Shown: positions 34,470-38,512 of the stretch, piece by piece
Position numbering within the stretch: the stretch's first letter is position 1
How the letters are laid out: every line of letters begins with the position of its first letter
Source of the DNA: a virus
Direction: 5' to 3' (one strand)
UHGV virus genome: UHGV-0178007
Length of the DNA: 38,512 nucleotides
Notes under the pieces: generated by a model
The model's database searches: none
The model's input: only the letters and a program-made list of their open reading frames with translations
Told to the model about the DNA's origin: nothing
Program-made: the position numbers and the translations under genes

Positions 34470-34476
34470 CTGTGGC

Positions 34477-35022
34477 TTGTATCTGTTTAAACCTCGCCCG
34501 AAAGTTGATCCCGTGAGCACGACACCGTTGTCCGACCTGCTGAACAGGAGGAACCAAGAAGGCCTGTCCGGCCGTGAACTGGGGCGCCGTGCTGGCATAG
34601 GGGAGTCCACCGGGACGCAGTATCTCGGAGGCCGTCATCCGAAGCACCCGTCACGCGAGGTGCTGGAGAAGATCGCCACCGTCCTGCCTGTCACTGTTAC
34701 TGAGATGCAGGCTGCGCTCGACCTCCCCGTCGACCAACGTCGATGGAACCCACCGGCAGAGGTCCACACGTTCAACCGTGAGACACAGGACGCCCTGTCA
34801 GCCCTCATCAGGGCGATAGGGAGGGAGAGGAGCAGTGATGACCGGCAATCTGAGGCTGAGAAGAGCACCGAGCAGGGGAGCGTGATCCCGATCCGCGCCA
34901 CCGAGACCCCGGAGGTGGCCCGTGCCGCACGCCGCATCCACGGCCCCAAGGGCATCATCGACCCCAGCCAGGACCAGGCTGGCGAGGAGAACCAGGACCC
35001 CGGCGGATGGGACGAGGCATGA
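34477..35022 (+). CDS. XRE-family HTH transcriptional regulator, ImmR-like candidate prophage repressor
   Basis: LSGRELGRRAGIGESTGTQYLGGRHPKHPSREVLEKIATVLPVTVTEMQAAL is an XRE HTH. There is no S24 peptidase domain, but an ImmA-like protease gene lies downstream in the same operon as int. The start is TTG 34477 (possibly leaderless) or GTG 34513. Confidence 0.6.
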   Translation: MYLFKPRPKVDPVSTTPLSDLLNRRNQEGLSGRELGRRAGIGESTGTQYLGGRHPKHPSREVLEKIATVLPVTVTEMQAALDLPVDQRRWNPPAEVHTFNRETQDALSALIRAIGRERSSDDRQSEAEKSTEQGSVIPIRATETPEVARAARRIHGPKGIIDPSQDQAGEENQDPGGWDEA

Positions 35023-35624
35023 GAGGGTCTAGCATCCACGATGACAATGACATACAGTCAAACCATGAGCACGCCAGCGATGATGTTCGGGAAAGCGGTG
35101 CTTCAGGGCGCGCGTCTGGTGACTCTTGCGGACTCGCAAGCTCTCAGCCGCCAACCGAAACCGAAGAAGATCAGCGCCTCCCAGATCACCCAGAAGGCAT
35201 GGGAGAGTGTGGGGAACCATCTAGGCCAGGAGATGGATCGCATCCCATCTCACGCACGTCGCAACGAGTCGTAGCGCAGAGGTGGCAAGGCCCCATACCG
35301 CCTCCACAAATCCTTGAGGGATACGGGCTTATCGACTCGAGCTATCCCGAGAGAATCTTCGCCATGGCCGAACGGTCTCACGCAGCCGAAGTGGCAGCAG
35401 AACAAGCCGCAACTGATCGCCAGCAGGCAGACACCAAACTGGTGACATTTGGATCAATTGTGGGCATTGTCATTACGGGCATCGTCACTATGACATGCAT
35501 AGGGGCCGTCATCTACGGACTCTGGACGGGGCGGCCGATGATCTCCGTGATTGCTGCGATCCTGCCACTAGCAGAGTGGGCAGTCAGACTCATCAAGACG
35601 GTGCAGGGGAATGGGAATCAATAA
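35007..35624 (+). CDS. DUF2335-family membrane protein (two C-terminal TM helices). The N-terminal region is frame-ambiguous; an alternative high-GC3 ORF at 35041-35274 ends exactly where the DUF2335 motif begins.
   Basis: PPPQILEGYGLIDSSYPERIFAMAERSHAAEVAAEQ is followed by TM helices LVTFGSIVGIVITGIVTMTCIGAVIYGLW and ISVIAAILPLAEWAV, matching DUF2335 architecture. GC is lower than the genome average. Confidence 0.5.
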   Translation: MGRGMRGSSIHDDNDIQSNHEHASDDVRESGASGRASGDSCGLASSQPPTETEEDQRLPDHPEGMGECGEPSRPGDGSHPISRTSQRVVAQRWQGPIPPPQILEGYGLIDSSYPERIFAMAERSHAAEVAAEQAATDRQQADTKLVTFGSIVGIVITGIVTMTCIGAVIYGLWTGRPMISVIAAILPLAEWAVRLIKTVQGNGNQ

Positions 35625-36105
35625 CCCAACCGACCGGGGCCTGGCCGCCTTGTTCGCCTCCCTGTGGCGTCAACCTGTCCAGCACGGGGGTCATGATTTC
35701 TGCATGGATCACCCGTGGCGCAGACTCAGGCATCTCAACGACTGGCTGCTGGAATGGGGTCAGCTACCTGAGGGCATATCCGGAGAAATCAACTGGCCCA
35801 CCCATACAATCACCATTGACCCGCGCCTGTCGCAGGCTCAGCGCCGCTGCGCGTTGGCGCACGAGCTGGAGCATGTCATGCGCGGTCCAGCTCCGAAATG
35901 GGACGAGGCTCGCGAGGAGGCGGTAGTGGAGCGCACTGCTGCCCGTCGGCTAGTGAGCATCGACGAGCTAGCCTCAGCGGTCCAGTGGACCCGAGACCCT
36001 GTCGAGCTGGCTGAGGAGCTGTGGATCGACGCCGACATGCTGTCTGCCCTGGTTGACGGATTGACCCCAAGCGAGCGCGCAAAGGTCAACCAGGCTCTAA
36101 TGTAA
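35611..36105 (+). CDS. ImmA/IrrE-family zinc metallopeptidase
   Basis: HEXXH motif in ...AQRRCALAHELEHVMRGPAPKWDEAREEAVVERTAARRLVSIDELA. It lies in an operon with an XRE repressor and int, as in ImmR-ImmA-Int modules. Confidence 0.65.
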   Translation: MGINNPTDRGLAALFASLWRQPVQHGGHDFCMDHPWRRLRHLNDWLLEWGQLPEGISGEINWPTHTITIDPRLSQAQRRCALAHELEHVMRGPAPKWDEAREEAVVERTAARRLVSIDELASAVQWTRDPVELAEELWIDADMLSALVDGLTPSERAKVNQALM

Positions 36106-36148
36106 TCAGCATCGGCGCACGGAAGCGCCCTCACTCGAAAGAGGCCCC

Positions 36149-36331
36149 ATGAATCGTCTACTGCCGCTAGCTGCATGCTTCCCGCTGGATGCGATAGCGG
36201 ACGCGCTGGCCGACTCGACACCCGAGGATGCCGCCCTAGACCTATGGGTGGCAGACGACATCCTCGCCACACGACTAGCACACCTCACCGCCGGTGAGCG
36301 TGACCACATCAGCCGCACAGCAGCGGCATAG
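36149..36331 (+). CDS. Hypothetical small protein (60 aa)
   Basis: Short ORF between the immA-like and nuclease genes, with moderate codon bias. Confidence 0.25.
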   Translation: MNRLLPLAACFPLDAIADALADSTPEDAALDLWVADDILATRLAHLTAGERDHISRTAAA

Positions 36332-36344
36332 CAAGGAAGCAGAA

Positions 36345-37478
36345 ATGCCCGACGAGAACCCCAGTCCCACCGCCAACGGGACGGACAAGAAGAAAAAAGG
36401 CTGCGGCTGTGCCGCCATCGTGCTTGTCGTCCTCGTCATTGCCGCTATCGCGGGTGGTGGCGACGGTGATAAGGCGGCGAGCCCGAGCGACACCACATCC
36501 CAGAGCGTGCAGGTGGAGACGCAGGATCAGGCGACGGAAACTCCGACGGCCACAGCCGCGACGAGTAGCCCCAAGCCCGTCAAGGCTGTCGCGGCTCATG
36601 CGTCAGGGGCGGCCAAGAAGGGCACGGCTGCTGCCGCGCTTGCCGAGTTGCCCGTTAAGGGGCGCGCCCCGAAGACCGGGTACTCGCGTGACCAGTTTGG
36701 CCAGGCGTGGGCTGACGTGGATCGCAACGGCTGCGACACTCGCAACGACATTTTGCGCCGTGACATGGTCAACAAGTCGTACAAGCCTGGCACGGGCGGC
36801 TGCAAGGTGACCTCCGGTGACCTGCCTGACCCGTACACCGGGCGCAACATTCACTTCAAGCGGGGACCCCACTCTAACGCTGTCCAGATTGACCACGTGG
36901 TCGCCCTGTCTAATGCCTGGCAGACCGGAGCCCAGAAGATCGGGAGTGACCAGCGCCTCGCATTCGCCAACGATCCGCTGAACCTGCTGGCCGTCGACGG
37001 CCCCACAAACGAGGCCAAAGGCGACGGGGATGCGGCCACGTGGCTGCCACCCAACAAGCGGTTCCGCTGCTCATACGTAGCACGCCAGGTGGCAGTGAAG
37101 AAGAGGTATCACCTGTGGGTGACCAGCGCCGAGCACGACGCCATCGCGGGCATCCTGAGCGGTTGCCCCGGACAGACGCTGCCGACAAGTGCCGCGATTC
37201 CTGCAGTGAAAGCCCATGCAAACGCCCCTCACAGCAAGAAGCCTGCTGCCACTCACAAGGCCAATCGCCGCACAGCTCCTGCCAAGCGGCATTCCGCGAC
37301 CTCCAAGTCGACCAAGCGACACAAGAAATCCGGCTCCAAGGAGAAGGGCGGATCCAGCGGAAGGACGGTCCATGGGGGAGCGTTCTGCTCGAGTGAGGGT
37401 TCGCAAGGCGTGAGCAAGTCGGGAACGACCCTGACGTGCAAGGTAGCCAAGGATGGCCGTCTGCGCTGGAAGAAGTGA
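36345..37478 (+). CDS. Membrane-anchored DUF1524/GmrSD-C-type HNH-like (His-Me finger) nuclease
   Basis: An AAGGAAG Shine-Dalgarno sequence precedes the ATG at 36345. The N-terminus (KKKKGCGCAAIVLVVLVIAAIAGGG) is a TM anchor followed by a low-complexity Thr/Ala/Pro linker. The nuclease domain reads GYSRDQFGQAWADVDRNGCDTRNDILRRDM...IDHVVALSNAWQTGAQK...NLLAVDGPTNEAKGDGDAATWLPPN. The stop overlaps the int start (GTGA). Confidence 0.6.
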   Translation: MPDENPSPTANGTDKKKKGCGCAAIVLVVLVIAAIAGGGDGDKAASPSDTTSQSVQVETQDQATETPTATAATSSPKPVKAVAAHASGAAKKGTAAAALAELPVKGRAPKTGYSRDQFGQAWADVDRNGCDTRNDILRRDMVNKSYKPGTGGCKVTSGDLPDPYTGRNIHFKRGPHSNAVQIDHVVALSNAWQTGAQKIGSDQRLAFANDPLNLLAVDGPTNEAKGDGDAATWLPPNKRFRCSYVARQVAVKKRYHLWVTSAEHDAIAGILSGCPGQTLPTSAAIPAVKAHANAPHSKKPAATHKANRRTAPAKRHSATSKSTKRHKKSGSKEKGGSSGRTVHGGAFCSSEGSQGVSKSGTTLTCKVAKDGRLRWKK

Positions 37479-38512
37479 GCGTGGCCGTCCAGGATTTGTG
37501 GCGTGACCGTCACGGGCAGCCGACCAAGCGCAATGGGCGCGGGAAACGCTACCGGGTGAGCGTTCCGGGGTGGCCCACCACGGCATGTCGCACCAAGGCT
37601 GAGGCTGACCGGATAAACGCCATTCGGCTCACGACGAAGCCACCGCGCCCCGAGGATGGGCGAACTGTCGGCGACCTTGTGAGCGTGTGGCTGGATGGCA
37701 AGCGCGGCCTGAGCCCCAAGGGTTACGAGGCGGCAGAGCTCGCGGCCTCGTACGTGCGAGAGAAGTGGGGTGGCGTGAGCCCGTCGGATGTGAGTGCCCC
37801 CGATGTGCAGTCATGGATCGCGTCGCTGCACACCTCGCACGGCCCGGCGTCGGCGTCACTGCGACACAAGGTATTGCAGTGTCTCCGGGGAGCTATGGGT
37901 GACCGTGCAGACCTGTCAGCAGTGAGGACGCCACGAGAGATGCGCCGGGACGTGCACCCGCTGAGCATCGACGAGCTGAGGGTGCTCGCCGAGGAGATCG
38001 GCAAGGGGCACAGGCGCGATGACTCGGCGGCCCTCGTCTGGCTACTGGGCACGACAGGTCTGCGCATCAGTGAGGCGCTGGCGGTGAATGTGGGGGACGT
38101 CGATTCGGAGCGCAAGCGGCTTCGGGTGCACCGCTCCAAGACGGGCCGCGCCCGCGATGTGCCAGTCCCGGCGTCCGTGTTGGCCATGCTCGATCTGAAG
38201 CGAACGCCGTCGGAACCGCTTGTGCGCGGGGCTCGTGGCAGGAGGCTGTACAAGGATTCATGGCGGCAGCGGCGGTTCCGTCCGGCCTGCGACAGGCTGG
38301 GATGGCAAGGGCTACGCATCCACGACCTGAGGCACACGGCGGCGTCGCTGGCCATCGCGAGTGGCGCGGACGTCAAAGCGGTCCAGCGGATGCTCGGGCA
38401 TGCGTCGGCGACGATGACACTGGACCTGTACGGGCACCTGTGGGATCGAGGGCTGGATGATGTCGCCGACCGGATGGAGGCGATGATGGCGACCGAGGAC
38501 CATACCCAGGCC
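37475..38512 (+). CDS. int: Tyrosine integrase (phage-type site-specific recombinase), truncated at the window end
   Basis: Not in the ORF track because no stop lies within the window. The frame opens at GTG 37475 (VSVAVQDLWRDRHGQPTKRNGRGKRYRVSVPGW...). The catalytic motifs are present: R in GLRISEALAV, HDLRHTAASLA, and the Tyr in TLDLYGHLW. Confidence 0.85.
   Translation, partial: MSVAVQDLWRDRHGQPTKRNGRGKRYRVSVPGWPTTACRTKAEADRINAIRLTTKPPRPEDGRTVGDLVSVWLDGKRGLSPKGYEAAELAASYVREKWGGVSPSDVSAPDVQSWIASLHTSHGPASASLRHKVLQCLRGAMGDRADLSAVRTPREMRRDVHPLSIDELRVLAEEIGKGHRRDDSAALVWLLGTTGLRISEALAVNVGDVDSERKRLRVHRSKTGRARDVPVPASVLAMLDLKRTPSEPLVRGARGRRLYKDSWRQRRFRPACDRLGWQGLRIHDLRHTAASLAIASGADVKAVQRMLGHASATMTLDLYGHLWDRGLDDVADRMEAMMATEDHTQA

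Noticed and set aside
37723-38376. 217-aa minus-strand ORF at the right end
   Set aside because: It is antisense to the clearly recognisable tyrosine integrase, and its translation is Ser/Arg-rich low-complexity.

Overview
The window is almost entirely one temperate siphovirus genome, either an integrated prophage or an attP-containing phage or episomal form, from a high-GC (~65%) actinobacterial host. Gene order resembles Propionibacterium/Cutibacterium-type phages: collagen-like tail protein, amidase endolysin and holin at the end of the late operon. All product calls were made by reading the six-frame translations and the DNA; no database search was possible. Coordinates counted from the printed sequence agree with the ORF track at most junctions I checked, but one junction near 19669 was off by 1 nt, so treat hand-counted positions as +/-1.

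Layout, left to right:
- 1-215: attP-like attachment region. It holds a partial tRNA-Pro(UGG) 3' segment (30-76, anticodon stem-loop through acceptor end, no 5' half) flanked on both sides by repeated CTGACTAGG / GTACCGGG motifs that look like integrase arm-type sites.
- 292-332: rho-independent terminator closing the minus-strand late operon.
- ~360-22860, minus strand: one long late operon. In transcription order it encodes small and large terminase, portal, head morphogenesis protein, scaffold, major capsid, five head-tail connector proteins, major tail protein, tail assembly chaperones with a -1 frameshift overlap, a 1,540-aa tape measure protein with a lytic transglycosylase (SLT)-like motif, three large minor tail proteins, three membrane or collagen-like proteins, amidase endolysin, holin, and a second collagen-like fibre gene whose 3' end is markedly AT-rich.
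- 22855-31220, minus strand: early region. It encodes an HNH endonuclease next to the terminase, a gene carrying 36-bp and 12-bp tandem repeats (a candidate origin), DUF3310-like and RusA-like proteins, SSB, a second HNH, RecT, a YqaJ-like exonuclease preceded by a zinc-ribbon peptide and a pentapeptide-repeat protein, and an HTH first gene.
- 31264-34011: plus-strand genes embedded among minus-strand genes. One is an acidic 225-aa protein. Two more are membrane-anchored proteins lying between a Bro-N/ANT antirepressor and the genetic switch.
- 34036-34513: divergent HTH genes around a 156-bp intergenic region that contains two 19-bp palindromes with 7-5-7 architecture.
- 34477 to end, plus strand: a lysogeny-type operon. 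It encodes an XRE-HTH repressor, a small ORF plus a DUF2335 membrane protein, an ImmA/IrrE HEXXH peptidase, a membrane-anchored DUF1524/HNH-like nuclease, and a tyrosine integrase truncated by the window end.

The most interesting candidates are a pentapeptide-repeat possible DNA mimic sitting where lambda has gam, a membrane-anchored nuclease co-transcribed with int, the prophage-expressed membrane protein pair, and the intragenic iteron-like repeats.
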